A stretch of DNA of 63,106 bases, filler included, from Reticulomyxa filosa (taxonomy: Eukaryota > Protista > Foraminifera): the NCBI GenBank assembly GCA_000512085.1. It is 15 parts of 15 records of this genome, joined end to end, with 100 filler letters (N's around TTAATTAATTAA, not from the genome) between each part and the next. Parts side by side here need not be neighbours in the genome. Positions count along the whole stretch, not along the records: positions 14,232 to 15,750 come from ASPP01010689.1; positions 15,851 to 17,998 come from ASPP01033111.1; positions 18,099 to 19,326 come from ASPP01041292.1; positions 19,427 to 27,786 come from ASPP01009280.1; 11 more parts are not named here. One strand, 5' to 3'. Positions 14,270-27,886 of this stretch are shown here, piece by piece (the first letter of the stretch is position 1; every line of letters starts with the position of its first letter). The notes below the pieces were generated by a model. It was not told the origin of the DNA and searched no databases. It saw only the letters and a program-made list of their open reading frames with translations. The position numbers and the translations under genes are program-made.

Positions 14270-15095
14270 GTTCTTGTTTTTTGCAAGACGAAAGTTATTA
14301 TCGTCTGAGTCCATTTCCTCGACGTCTTCAGTTTGTTGTATGAACAGCCCACTTCCAATGTTGGGTCGTTTGTTTCTATTGTCATCATTATCATCATCAT
14401 CATCATTATGATAAGTATTGCGACGCGTGCGCATTGGTGCGTCCTCATCCTCTGGCTGTCGCATGGAGTAGTCTTCATCGTCCAGAGTCTTCATACCTTT
14501 GAAGATATCATCATCGCCATCGTCATAATAATCTTCACCGTCGCCGTCGTTGTCGTTGTCGTTGTCGTCATGATCATCAGTCGGCTTACCCGCAGACGAA
14601 TTGTCAGCATTGGATTGATTGAGAGCGGCGGCGGCGGCGGCGGCGGCAGCAAACTCGGACTTGAGAGGCAAGTCCTGTTGCAGGAGACGACAAACGTCGG
14701 TCAAGTAGGGCAGCTCTTCGGTGGAGACCAGACTCCACGCCTCGCCTGTCTGTCCGGCGCGAGCGACACGACCGACGCGATGGATGAAGAGCTTGGCCTC
14801 GGAGGGCATGTGATAGTTGATGACATAGTCGAGCATGGGGATGTCGATACCACGAGCAGCGACATCGGTGACGACAAGCCAGGGCACTTTTTTCGCCCGA
14901 AAGTCTTCGATATTTTCTTTGCGATAGCATTGTTCCATTGTGCCATACACGCAGTGGCAAGGGATATCATTCATCGTCTGCAGTAAGTATTGTACCATTT
15001 CGCAATGATATCTGGTGGCTGTGAATATTATCCCTGATTTTTTGCGCATTGATTCTTTTTCACTGTCATCAAATGATTTGTAGTGTTGTCGTGAC

Positions 15096-15131
<36 letters not shown>

Positions 15132-15492
15132 CTCCATTTCAACACTTTGGTAATTAGAAATACCAACGCACTCATCTTTTCCACATCCGAGCGTGTGAAT
15201 ACGTAGGCCATTTGCAAGTGCGGCGACAGCTTCATGTCTGTGTCCAAACGGATGACGACAGGATTCGACAATGACGCTCTCGTAAACTCCAACAGCGACT
15301 GCGGCATCGTCGCGCTGTACAACAACACTTGCTTCTTCTTCGGCATTTGGTTCAGTATCGCCCGCAGCTGCAACGCAAACCCCATCTCGAACAGTCGGTC
15401 CGCCTCGTCGAACACTACCACTTCCACCGCTTTCAATGAATAGTGCGTTTCTTTTATTAAGTAACATAATCGTCCAGGGGTAGCTATTACTC

Positions 15493-15523
<31 letters not shown>

Positions 15524-15750
15524 AACGGGGGGCTTTTTTTCATAAAAAAAAAAATATCTTCCAAAAATAAAAATAAAAACACTAAAACATGTCTGGGTTA
15601 TGCGCTAATGCGTCGAATTGGTTTTCCAAAGCTTCTCCTCCAATTACCACTGCAATGCGCAAATCCGTAAACTTAGACAGCCGGGCTGTAAACTTTTGCG
15701 TTTGCACTGCCAACTCGCGCGTCGGCGCGATAATTAGTGCTCGCGTACCG
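14232..15750 (-). CDS. DDX54: DEAD-box RNA helicase DBP10/DDX54, partial (intron 15492-15588)
   Basis: PTRELA, NPDI|VIATPGRL, FDEADRLFEMGF, SAT, TDVAARGIDIP, FIHRVGRVARAG are DBP10-type variants of the motifs. Confidence 0.92.
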
Positions 15751-15850
15751 NNNNNNNNNNNNNNNNNNNNNNNNNNNNNNNNNNNNNNNNNNNNTTAATT
15801 AATTAANNNNNNNNNNNNNNNNNNNNNNNNNNNNNNNNNNNNNNNNNNNN

Positions 15851-17900
15851 TGCGTGTTTCCAGGGATAAAGAGCAAATTCAACACAATCTTTTTTTTCTG
15901 CATCCTCCTCATCATCATCTCAATCTTCTTGATTGTCGGTGTCTTGATGTGAGTTTCGCAAAACTCTTCCACCGAATTGAATTGATATCATTACGGAACC
16001 ATAGCGCTTTGATCGATCTCCACGTGAATTGTTTTTTTAACGACGTCCATGCTATTTTCTAACCTCGCTTTCTACTTCTTCGTACGTCCCCAGTCACTGC
16101 CGCCGTTGCGACACCGCCATGTTGATATCACCGTCTTTTTTTTTTACTTTCTTCTTGGCGAGCTTGCTTTCGTATTCAAGGCGGCGGCACCAAGGTCGAG
16201 ATTGTTTGGGATTGTTCTGGGAGAAACTTGCGCCACTGCTCCATTGCCACCATATCATGGATGTCTTCCAATTATGGAGTTCACCCGATCTAATCGCTCT
16301 TGTGATGAGATATACACTTTGGCATTGGAATAATGCTCGTTATTGGAGACATTTGCATCATCACCATGCAACCATTCGACAATGTTTGGATTGGTGGTCC
16401 AATGATAGAGATCAATATTATTCTTTTCTTTTTCACTATTGGACGTATTCTTTGTTGATATTCTTTCTGCATTTCTTGTGTACCAGGGTTGAACCAGATT
16501 TTTTTGATTACGCCAAAGATCCAAACTGCCAATTCGCATCCAATTCAAACGAATACAAATTGGTAACTTCATTTTTCTCCAAGTGATGGGACAATGCAAC
16601 GAATACAAAGTATTGAGTTGCATCCAACAAGTATCTCGTAGTCCACAGTCGATCATTGGAGACAATGCAGTAACGATCATCGGCGCTTGTTCAAATTCAG
16701 CCAGCTCTATCTTTCTTCACCTATCATCAATATCCAAAATCCAATGTTGCGGATATGCGCACGCACACAACGAGTTTTAATTGTTGTTTTGGTTCACATT
16801 ATTTCCATAACGACGATTTTCACTCGTTGGCACCTATAGACCGCAGTTCGACTTCTTATTTGGTGATGTTCTGCGCCAAGTGTTATCATCATAGACTTGT
16901 GTGCGCCTACGTTGATGACAAAAAAGTCCTTTCCAATGTTTCGCGTTGCCATTGCTAGACATTGTCGCATTTGTTCAGACTTTTCCATTGGTGTGCGATA
17001 CGAGAAGGTAGTCCACGCCCGCGAATGGCGAATTTCCGCGTTTCCAGACATGAATTGAAATTTCATCACCAAAGCCAACCGACGCGTTTTTTTCTTTTAA
17101 AAACAAGTCCAACACGATATGCTTGAAATAATCTTTCTCTTCATCCACATACTCTTTCTCTTGATTGGCGGGCCTTCGTGTGAGTTTCGCGCAACTCCTC
17201 AATCAACTTGAACCAATATCACATCGAACGGTTCTCCCAACGCAGTAGTTTGCTTGATCCAGATGTGGACTCTTTTCTAACAACTTCATCGTCCTTTTCT
17301 TTACTCGCCTTATCTTCTTCTAAGTACAGTCGCTGCTGCCATTGCGACATCATAATGCATATATCGTTTTCACTTGCGCGATGTCATTGTCTTTTTTTTC
17401 TTTTTGGCTATATGATTTTTTTTCAATGCAAATTATTACTTTGCAACCAACAAGTCTACAGTCTGCACACAGTTGATCAGGAGACAATCAAACAAAGAAA
17501 ATCAGCATCGTTCGACAAACATAAGGCACGTAACTTTTGCAGCAACAAAATTAAAAATGCGACACGTCTTTCTGCACATCTCCATATTCACCAATTCTAA
17601 CTGTCGTCCGCGAGCTCAAGGTTCTTCACATTGTCACATTTGTAACAGTTCAAAGTTGCGCATACGCGCACGTACACGATCAGTTTTTATATGAATGGCA
17701 GGTCTCCGCAATCGATTATAAACTTTTTGCCATTTCCACCACAGCTTAGTTTCCATTGTCCGCCCGCAATCTCTTTGATCTTTGCCACTTCCCATAGACT
17801 TGTTCGACATCAACCACAAGTCCTTCAAACGCATTTGGCTGCCACTTTTGCTGTTGTTGTTATTGTTGCTGCTGTTGCTCTCCTTCTCCTTCTCGTTCTC
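15851..17900 (-). pseudogene. Heavily frameshifted coding remnant, possibly a chromatin-reader or Zn-finger protein
   Basis: Protein-like segments switch frames: QQQ*QQQKWQPNAFEGLVVDV, WEVAKIKEI, NCYKCDNV, EKDYFKHIVLDLFLKE. No intact ORF. Confidence 0.45.
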
Positions 17901-18098
17901 CTTCTTCTTCTCATTTTCATTCTTCTTATTTTTATTTTTCTCTTTTTTCTCTTTTTTTTTTTTTTCTTTTTTATTTATTTCTTTTATTTTTAATCTCTNN
18001 NNNNNNNNNNNNNNNNNNNNNNNNNNNNNNNNNNNNNNNNNNTTAATTAATTAANNNNNNNNNNNNNNNNNNNNNNNNNNNNNNNNNNNNNNNNNNNN

Positions 18099-19318
18099 AA
18101 TTCAATTCTTTTTTCTTCATCCCATTCTTTCAATTTGTTTTCCAATTTTTGTATTTGTGTTTTCAACTTTTTCCATTCCTCTGGAATTTCTATTTCACAT
18201 TTATTTTCTTTTTCATCTTCAATCATTCTCTCTTTTTCAAATGGAATTATGTATGATCTTTCCAATTTCATTATATTCATTTCTTTTTTTAACTCATACA
18301 TCTTTACCATTTTCAATAATTCTGATTTTTCAAATAGTTGCTCTACATTTACATTCACATGCATTTTCTGTATTTCATATTTTGCATTCCTTCCACCAAT
18401 GACATGAACATTTTTATTATCGTCACTTAAAATTGCAAAAGATTGAGATATTGCCATTGGCAATGTGAATTTGCATTCAGTCCATATTTTTTCTTTCATT
18501 GAATATTTATACACACTCTTTACTTTTTGCCATGTGTTACCATTGAATCCTCCAAATAAAAATATAAAATCATAAAGATATACAAATGAATAAGAATAGG
18601 AACCATTTAAAGCAGGACAAATTGGTAATTTTTCATAATGGAATGTTTTGTTCCGTTCATCATATTTAATTAATAATCCTGTGTTTCGACAAAACAATAT
18701 GAAATGATTTATTAACTTTCTATTATTCATTGTCAATGGCACAAAACAATGATAAAAAATGTCATTTTCTTTTGGAATAGTGTTATTTTTGATTCCGGCC
18801 AATGCTTTCATTGTTTTCAAATCAATTACTTTAATGTTTTTTGGATGATGTGTAATGAATAATAAATCATTATTTATTCCACCAATCAATCCACGCACTC
18901 CTTGTAAGTGATCTTCTAATTTTCCAATGTTTGTGTCTTGATTATGTCTTATCCAAGTATTAAATGATTGATGTTCAGATTTGGATTCACTAATTTCCCA
19001 TACGCTTTTATATTTCATTGAAAATGTTTGTTTCATTTTATTTCCACCCTGTCCTCCAAATGATAATAAATGAATTTCATTGGAATTGGTTTGTGAATGA
19101 ATCAATTGTACAACACAATGTCCATCCATTTGGATATCATTAGGATAAGAGCAGATGTATTTGTATTGTTTTTTCAGAGTATGATAAGAATAACAGTCGT
19201 TAGTTGTATAGCCTCCATAAATAAGGAGTTCATCCTTGAACAAAATACAATGTGAAGGCGCTAGCGGCTTGGGTAATTCAGGCAAAATTTGAAAGATGTT
19301 GTTGAGTTTAGTAGACAT
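18099..19318 (-). CDS. Kelch-repeat beta-propeller protein with C-terminal coiled coil, 3' partial
   Basis: ELLIYGGY..NDCYSY, LLSFGG, IFLFGGF..VYKYS, VHVIGG; long uninterrupted AT-rich ORF. Confidence 0.88.
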
Positions 19319-20269
19319 GTCAGATGNNNNNNNNNNNNNNNNNNNNNNNNNNNNNNNNNNNNNNNNNNNNTTAATTAATTAANNNNNNNNNNNNNNNNNN
19401 NNNNNNNNNNNNNNNNNNNNNNNNNNAAAAAAATCCAAAGTTGATTGAACGTTGTCAAACATGTTAAAGGATGCTCTTCTCTTTAAATGTGTAAATTTGG
19501 TGCCCAATTCAACGTTTCTGTTTTGTGAAGCCGAACAGGACAGAAATTGCTCTATTATTTATATTTTATAAGTCGAAATGTTTAAGAAGTTTTGGCGTGA
19601 CATCATTGTTTATTGCTTAATTAATGAAGGAACAAATCGAAAAGGGACAAAGTAGTCATGAAAAGACAAACTGTCTAATCTTTGTTTTTTTTAAGCCTTT
19701 TTTTATATATTCTATTTGTCTTCATTGAACATTTATATGAAAGCAAGCTGCCTTTTGATTACATTCACCAGCTTTTAAATCTCACTACGTTATTTTTATT
19801 GGTGATGAGTGTTTGCATTAACATGCATTTCTTATTGTTAAATCAAAATGACTACACCTATTCATGCAAAAAGCATGATAGTTTTGTTCTGTATTTATAG
19901 TTGTAGAGCCCGCCCTACATGAAGCATCTTATCTGTTTTGTTTGTTCACAAATATTTCAACATATACTCGAGTTTTGGTTGTAATATCCAATGAGACATG
20001 ATATTAAAAAAAAGAGAACTGATTTTCTGTACGAAAAGTAAGACCTTTAACCAATTTTTTAAACGTGTTTCAATAATCAATTGGCCGATTTCAAATAATT
20101 TAAGCAGCTACAACATGTTTTAAAACAAGTTTGACTAAAGGTTTGTTTCTCACTAGTTCAAACTCTAAATACCCTATTTGCAGAGTGAAAACTACCAAAA
20201 TGACGTAAATTCTCTCTTCGTATAATATGATGTTCTACCTTTTTTTTTTGATTGTTTGCTGATGACTTA

Positions 20270-23200
20270 GTGCTGAAGTTATTGAATTAGAAAAAGTGCT
20301 GAAAGAAGAGAAAAAAACAGAGGAATCTTCTGACAAAGTGAGCCAGCTTTTGCATTTATTTTTCTCTTATTATTTCGGACACACTCTGTTTTTTTGCTAA
20401 CTCTCTTTTATGGCCCAAATTTACAAGTGCGAGACTGAGGGACAAGAACATACAACGCCAAACGAAAGAATAGAGGAGAAAAATGCAAGTCAAGTGCAAG
20501 TTAGGTGTTAAAATCATTTTTTGTTTGAATTTTTTCCCCTTTGTTGAACTCGCACTCTCGCACAGGATAGTACTGGAGCCAGTGAAACAAACGCAAGCCA
20601 ACTAAAAGAAAATAATCTTTGGGATAAAGTTTTTGTTCATTTTTAGATTAAATATATTTTTACCGTTGTCGTATTATAATATGCGAAATTTTTTGTTTTG
20701 TTGTTGGAACAACAAAGTTTCGTTTTTATAAGCAGAATGGCAGTACACAAAGAGAGCTTGTGTTTATTGAAAAAGAGGATCCATTTGTGGATAGTAAAGA
20801 AATTAAAGGTGGATTAATCGTGCAAACGATGAAAGGAAAATATTTATATATCACTCCTGAAGGCAAATCATTGACACAAATGGTTTTTCACATTTACTTT
20901 TGCACTCCGTTTTTTGAAAGATGTAAGAATTTTATATCTCTCTTACAACAAATGAAACATACAGGTCCATGGCCCAACTGACGAAAACATGATTGCTCTT
21001 CATAATTTTTGCACGCAATATATGGTGCCTAGAACAGTTGCATACTTTTTTTTTCTCTATCTTTTTCTCCAATGCTTTTTAAAATGAAAATAAAAAAACA
21101 TACACACAAATGCAAACCATGGAATGAACAAAAGTTGATGAAGGGTAAAAGGATGGTTACCCATGTTGACACTAATTGCAATTCATTTTTAAAAAAAAAA
21201 CAATCGACTACGCTTGCCTATGTAAACGGAATTGTCCGTAAGAGAAGGAAAGATTTACGCCTGGACAGATACTAACAAACGCGCGCTGATAGTAGAAAAT
21301 GAATCAGAGGTATGTTGATACACGAGAAATATTTATATCTTTTTTTTCTCCTTCCCTCTTCCAAGAATAATATTAACTCAACAATATAAAATCAAACAAA
21401 AAAAAAAAGCTTGGAAATGAACAGTGTTGGATTAATGCAGTTTCGACCAAAACAAAAGAAAAGAAAACAAAATTTTTGACTTGAAAAAATGTTTGATGAT
21501 TGTGATGGTTGTGCGTTATAACTACAGAGTCTGCCATTGGCTGATAAAAATCTCGAAATCAATAATGAAATTGCAGATTTGAGCGAAAAATTAAACCAGG
21601 CCGAGGTGATAATTAAAAAAAACAACACTGAAATTGGCAATTTAGCAGCATCCAATAAAAGTGAGAAGGAAAAAAATGAACAACTAAAACAAGCAAATAT
21701 TTGGGAAGAAAAATACAAAGAGGGAATAAAATATATTGAGTCTTTGGAAAAAGAGAACAACAAACAGATACAGCAAATCAACGCCCACAAAGGGGAAATT
21801 GAACAACATCTCAGACAAATTGACAGTTTGAAAACACAAATAAGTATCTTGGAGAAATATAAAGAACAAAAGACACTAACAAATCAAAGCAGTATCTTGC
21901 AGCACGAAAAGCAGCTGCTCGAAGCGCAAGTCAATACTAGTACCAAGAAGAACGAGCAGCTTGAATCTAATATTACGAACCAAAGAAATGAATTATACCA
22001 AAGCCAACATAAAATTACCCAATTGGAGACTCAATTCAATGATACCAAAACCAAGCTGCATGACTACACTGTACAAAACGAAAAATATATAAATGTATTA
22101 AGTTCCTTGACCTCAGAAAAAGACACATTACTCAGTAAACTGGAACATTTCGAACAACAGTCCAAAACATTTAAAGAGTTCAATAAAAAAAAAAAATGCA
22201 AACGCCTGCCTTTCTATTTTTTTTTCTTGGCAATTTTTTAGATAATGGATGTATTCATGCTTGTCATATGTAAAAAAAAATGTAGAGCCAATGAACAACT
22301 GTCGAGAGAAGTACAAGAACTGAGAGAGAGAATTTGTGAGTTGACAATCGGAAAAGGAATAGAAAGTGAATTTCCAGCTGTGAATAAAATTGTGACGGAT
22401 TATAAAGCAATAAGCAGTAATTATCGATTGAATTTAACAAGTGAAATCATGAGACAATTGAAAAGTAATGAAAAAATAAAAGAAAAATATGAAATAACAA
22501 TATTAGCAAGATTTGCACATTGTGTATCATTTACAATATTAAGATTATCACATGAATTTATACAATCATATTGGGATGAACAATTACAAAATTTACAAAA
22601 ACCATTTGGGATATCAAATAAACAATTATCACAAACATATTTTCAAACAATATTTCAAGAACAATTTAAATCATCACTTTTACAATTATGTGAAAAAGGA
22701 AAAGAATATATTCACTCAGAATTAAAAAAAGAAATTATTAAAGAGAATTCATGTTTTCAATATTTATTTGATGAAATTGAAAATAAAATAGATATTATTA
22801 AAAAAAATGTATTAATTGAATCATGTTTACGAAGTATGTGGAGTTGTTTATTATCAAGACCTTCATTAAAACCTTATCCTTTAATTTTTACTTCCAATCC
22901 TCAACTAAATCAAGAAATTCAATCCAAAAAACCTGAAATCACAAAAGAATTTTTAGGAAAAGAGAGTGGTTGTAATGATATTGGTTATTTTACTTGGCCA
23001 TCTTTAATTCGATGTGATACAAACGATTTATTAAATGTTCCAATTGCTGCTTGCTATGCTAGCTTCCATGTGATTGTATCCAATGGAATAATAATATGTC
23101 ACATAATGTCAAGTCTAATCATCAAATTAATTCAGAGGATCAAAAGGAATCAAAAATTGAACAATTTAAAATATCACATGTGTTAGAGGAGTGGATTGGA

Positions 23201-23806
23201 CAGTACAACAAGATGCGAGAAACAAGATCTTCAGTTTTGATTCGTTTTTATTGTTTTTCTTATACTATTTTTGAAATTTGTTATTTTTTGTAAAGCTGGC
23301 CATAAAGATTAGAGATATCTTAAAGGATCACAATGACTGGCACCACTTTTTCCTATTTTTCCTTGCAGACAGTGCTTATGAACTTGCATATCACGGTTCA
23401 CGAATAAATGAATACTGAGAACGTAACAGGGGCTATTGAGGACTTAATGCGGAAAAAAATAAACTTCCGTATCTCAGAAATAGAGTTGAAGTGAGTTTCT
23501 TTTATGAATTTCAAAACTTTAAAAAAGAGGGAAACAAATAAAAAAAGACTTAAAGAGGAAATTATGGAGTATGCATGTAAAATGCACAAGCTATTTCAGA
23601 TGGGATTACAAATTGTACCAAAATTGGTGTTGCGGCACAGAAGTTATTATCCAACACTTGAAGATGACACCAAAACAATGATTAAGGAACTCCAAGGATC
23701 AAAGAGGATGAATTTTTGTTTTATTTGGTCTGGTGTTGGTGTATATTCTAATAATACAATGAAGCCATTGTCTTATTCTGTTTTACTCTGTGACAAGTCC
23801 AATTAG
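20270..23806 (+). CDS. Multi-exon coiled-coil protein with two C-terminal Mieap/SPATA18-like domains
   Basis: Short 5' exons at 20270-21040, coiled-coil ORF 21537-22241, ORF 22245-23186 (ESCLRSMWSCLLSRPSL..IGYFTWPSL) and ORF 23504-23806 (YACKMHKLF..VPKL..FCFIWSGV). Exon boundaries approximate. Confidence 0.55.
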
Positions 23807-26800
23807 ACTGTTGCTAGTTTTTAAAATTTCTGTCTTGCAATAAATGTGAAACAACTTTGAAGTCTGTTTGAAATTCGTTTAATCAATTGTGAAGGATGAG
23901 AAAAAACATGTTAACATCACAGCCAGGTATTTAATCCTGCTCTGTTGAATCTGAATATTATTCTAAATACTTCAAATTAATTTTATTTTTATCTACTTCG
24001 AAGCAGCAACCATACAAATCGAACTATTTTGTGTCTCATTTAAAATCTTGGATTATTGCCTTACTTAGCATTTCCCCACTTAATTCTGCACTTTTTATAT
24101 CATGAAGATATCCACAGAACCACCTAATATAAGAACCTAAAGCTAATTCCATAGAATACATTGTTGCAAGTTTCATTAAAAAGATCATCAAAGTCGTTAG
24201 TATCATTATTTATTAACCAAACTATATCAAAAAGATCTTGATTACATTAAATTTTTGTTTGCATACATGTTATATATAGAACCAGTGACCAATCGAAGAA
24301 ATGTATACATTGAGGAAATTTGTGTTCTGTTTTCAAATCTACGTTGTCGCTTCTTTTTTTAATACAAGCTAGCAACAGAGAAATGAAAGAAAATGCACAA
24401 GACTTGCAAAGTGGATAAACGAGTCTCTAATGGTATACATAATAACTACTTGTCACGTTCGTTCAATGATTCATTTGCTCTTTTTTTTTTTGTTCTTTTC
24501 CCCAGTATCATGCCAAAACTCATCATTTTTGATTATAAAAATGTTATCCCAAAATAACTTTGAATATGATATATTACTCATTATTTGTCTATTTTTGCAA
24601 TATTCAACATTTCTAACGAATATTATTTGACAAATTGATCATACATAAACAAAATATAAAATAAAATTGTGGCTTCTTTTAAATTCCCTTTTGCTTGATG
24701 ACATAAAACGGTCTATTTGTAATATATTCAAAAGTGAAAACTTAAATTGAAAGATAACTTTTTTTGTTTGAAAGGCAACGTCAAGCTGTCGTACGTGTTT
24801 AATCACGTTGATTTTATTTAAAACAATTGAGTAATTAATTAGAGATTCGCATACAGAAAAGATGGAAAGAAATTCAATGTAAAGTCGATCCGTTTTGATA
24901 AGTTATTGAGACTCTGAAGGTTATTTTATTCATTAATCAACAATTTCATCTCATTATTCCATTCAAAACAATGATTAAACAATCACAAAATCAAAGGACG
25001 ATCAGGCTCCCACTCACTTTTGCATCTTTGTGATCCTTGTTCAATACAGAAAGCATTTCTCTTGTCATATCCATTTTTTTTTTTTGAAATGTTGAATTAA
25101 AAAATGAACGACAATTTCAACGTGAATTGCGCAAGTATGTGTTTAAAATTCTTTTTTTACAAATTTTCATTATAGCCATATAGTGAACAAACAAAATATG
25201 TGATTTGCATATCATATATTGTTTTTTTTCTATTGATGCAACTAATCCTTAATTGTATTCTTTGCTTTTTTGTGATAATATCAATTAAATACAAGGTGTA
25301 TTTATATTGAATAGCAATAATGGAGATTACATTGAAATGCAATTATTAAATTCATATTTGCTCTAAAGCCAATATCAACTTCAAAAAGCTACAAAAGAAA
25401 TAACATAACATTCTAAGTTATTAGCAAAGTTCTGAGTGATCCCTTTTTTATTGTTGTTACTGTTTGTCACTTCTTTTTGTTTTCTTAAATTCCTTTCTTT
25501 ATTGACTCGGTAATAAAGAGAGTAAAAGTTAAATTTGTTTGTTTATTTTAATCTTTTGATTTTGTCACTTCGGACTTGAGCCGAAGAACAACAAGTCAAA
25601 AAGTTGTTTATTGTTCCATGAACAATATTTATAAAAAAATTCTTTTTGATTTGATTCTAGATTTTGCACTTTTCGATGTGTCGAGTACTTCTTTGTTGAC
25701 TCCGAAAACGTTTTTTTTTCTTTACGGAATCCGACTGTTTTTATTTTTATACAAACAATTATTTAAAAATATATTTGTCTTATTGATGAACATGTGACTT
25801 AACAAATAAAGATGTGACTGTAGCTTAATGCATAAAGCCGCCGGATTTGTAGTGACTTTTTCGGATTATGGACAGCCATCTTTGGAACTTCGGGGGTGGT
25901 GCAACCTCAAAAGGTTGCTGGGCTGGCCAGTGTGTTAGTGTGAGTCTTGAATGTATATGTCACTAAGTCGCAAGGTCATATATATTTTTGCATACGCACT
26001 GGTACACGATCGTTTGTGTTTTGGTAGCAATATCAGTAATGTGAGCGATCGTGCAATACGAAACTCTATATAATGTAGCGGAGATTTGGGTTCGAGCACC
26101 ACTAACGCCATTAATAATAAATAAAATAAAACAATAAATATATCTTCAACATACTTTGATTTGTGCAATAGATTGTCGGTTCAGCATTTTCTCTTTGGTC
26201 GCATGTTTGTCTCTTTAAATAATGTTCAATTTTATAGAGATGTGCAATAATTGTCTTTGTGAATATAGTTCTGTCTTGGATGTGATTTAAATATCCATTT
26301 TCCTTTTAAGGTTGCACCAAATGTCGGTTACGTCCAATCATGTTTGTGCTGTTCTAATGCTTGTAATTCTGTCAAATGTTTTTGATAATGTGATTGTTAC
26401 ATGTGTGGAGTTACATAATTTGTGGTTCGCCATACCATTGACTGCTATAATTTTTTTTATTTGTTTATCGTTTGTTATTGGACAGTACAACAAGAAAAAA
26501 ATATTGGTATAACAATAACACCAAACTGTATATAGAGATTGGCACTTTCCAATAATGCCGAAATTTTCGGTTTATATTGGACTATTGATCGCTAGTATTC
26601 ATTTGAACGTAAATATGGCTGCGGATTTAAAGAGTTGATAGGCCTTGTGAAGGAAAAAAGTGAACAACCACATAACGAAGAAAAATGACGATCGGATGAA
26701 TGTCCATAAAATAGCATTTCTAGAATTCCACCCCATGGATGATGAAAAGTTTCTTTCTCCGAGTCATTCATCAAATTATTTTTGGAGCTTCTATGAAAAG

Positions 26801-27886
26801 ATCGTAATTGTGAGTGAATATAACACTGTGGTTGCATGTCATTTCCGAGACAAGCAGTTAGTCTGTTTATGGAGGATGCCTTAAACTTTGGGATAGTGAT
26901 TATCTATTTTAGATTTCATTTCATAAAAATATTTTTTTAAAAAAATTAAACATTCACACTATCTCCCTGTATATAAAAAAAAATTGTTGCATACTTTGTG
27001 TTTGCAGCAAATAATACATGTAATTAATTGCATCCAACCCTTTCTCAATGTCCTGAAATATGCCAGTGATGCTGAACTTTATCGTCTTTCCTGACAACAC
27101 TAGTTCTATAGTCGTGTTGATATATCCATTCAACCTCCCTGCATTTAAGCTGCCAATGTCAACAGTCTAGTTTCAAAATCATCCCCTCAAAGCACGTTGA
27201 AACATTTTTTTAAAATAGTTTCCTTTTTTTTGTATTATGGACTTCTATTTTTTTTTTGTTTGCCAAACTGTTTTTTTTAAAAAAAATTCTTTGGCATCGA
27301 GTGTAGTGGTAGTGATATTTGTATTCCTGTTTCAAAAAAAAAAAGTGGAGTTTGTATAGAAAAACATTGCAACAAAAGCCTCAATAACGCTAAAATGGTG
27401 AATAAAATGGCGAACTAAACTAAAGCGCTCCAAAGACTATCGGTTGTCATACCAAATTATTATCAAATGATATGTTTTGTGATGTAATATGCTCCATCAA
27501 AATTATTCAAGGAGATTATCTTTCAAACAAGTTGCCAAGTTTATTTTCATTTAAATATTCATCATTTCTCCAGTCAGCTGTTGAAATTGTATGTATACGT
27601 ATGACCTTCCACTTCGCCGTATTGATAGTATGCGTTTGTATATTTTGATTGTATTTGAATTGCTTGATGTTGCTGCATGTAAGGAGAGCTGTTGTTATAA
27701 CTGTTCTGCCTTTTATTGAGTATTTTGATATTACTGTATATGCAATACAGTATATTGCAAAAAAAACTGACATACCTAAATGGCACNNNNNNNNNNNNNN
27801 NNNNNNNNNNNNNNNNNNNNNNNNNNNNNNTTAATTAATTAANNNNNNNNNNNNNNNNNNNNNNNNNNNNNNNNNNNNNNNNNNNN

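Noticed and set aside
23900-27786. Short ORFs and membrane-protein-like fragments
   Set aside because: Too degenerate to assign; probably pseudogene debris
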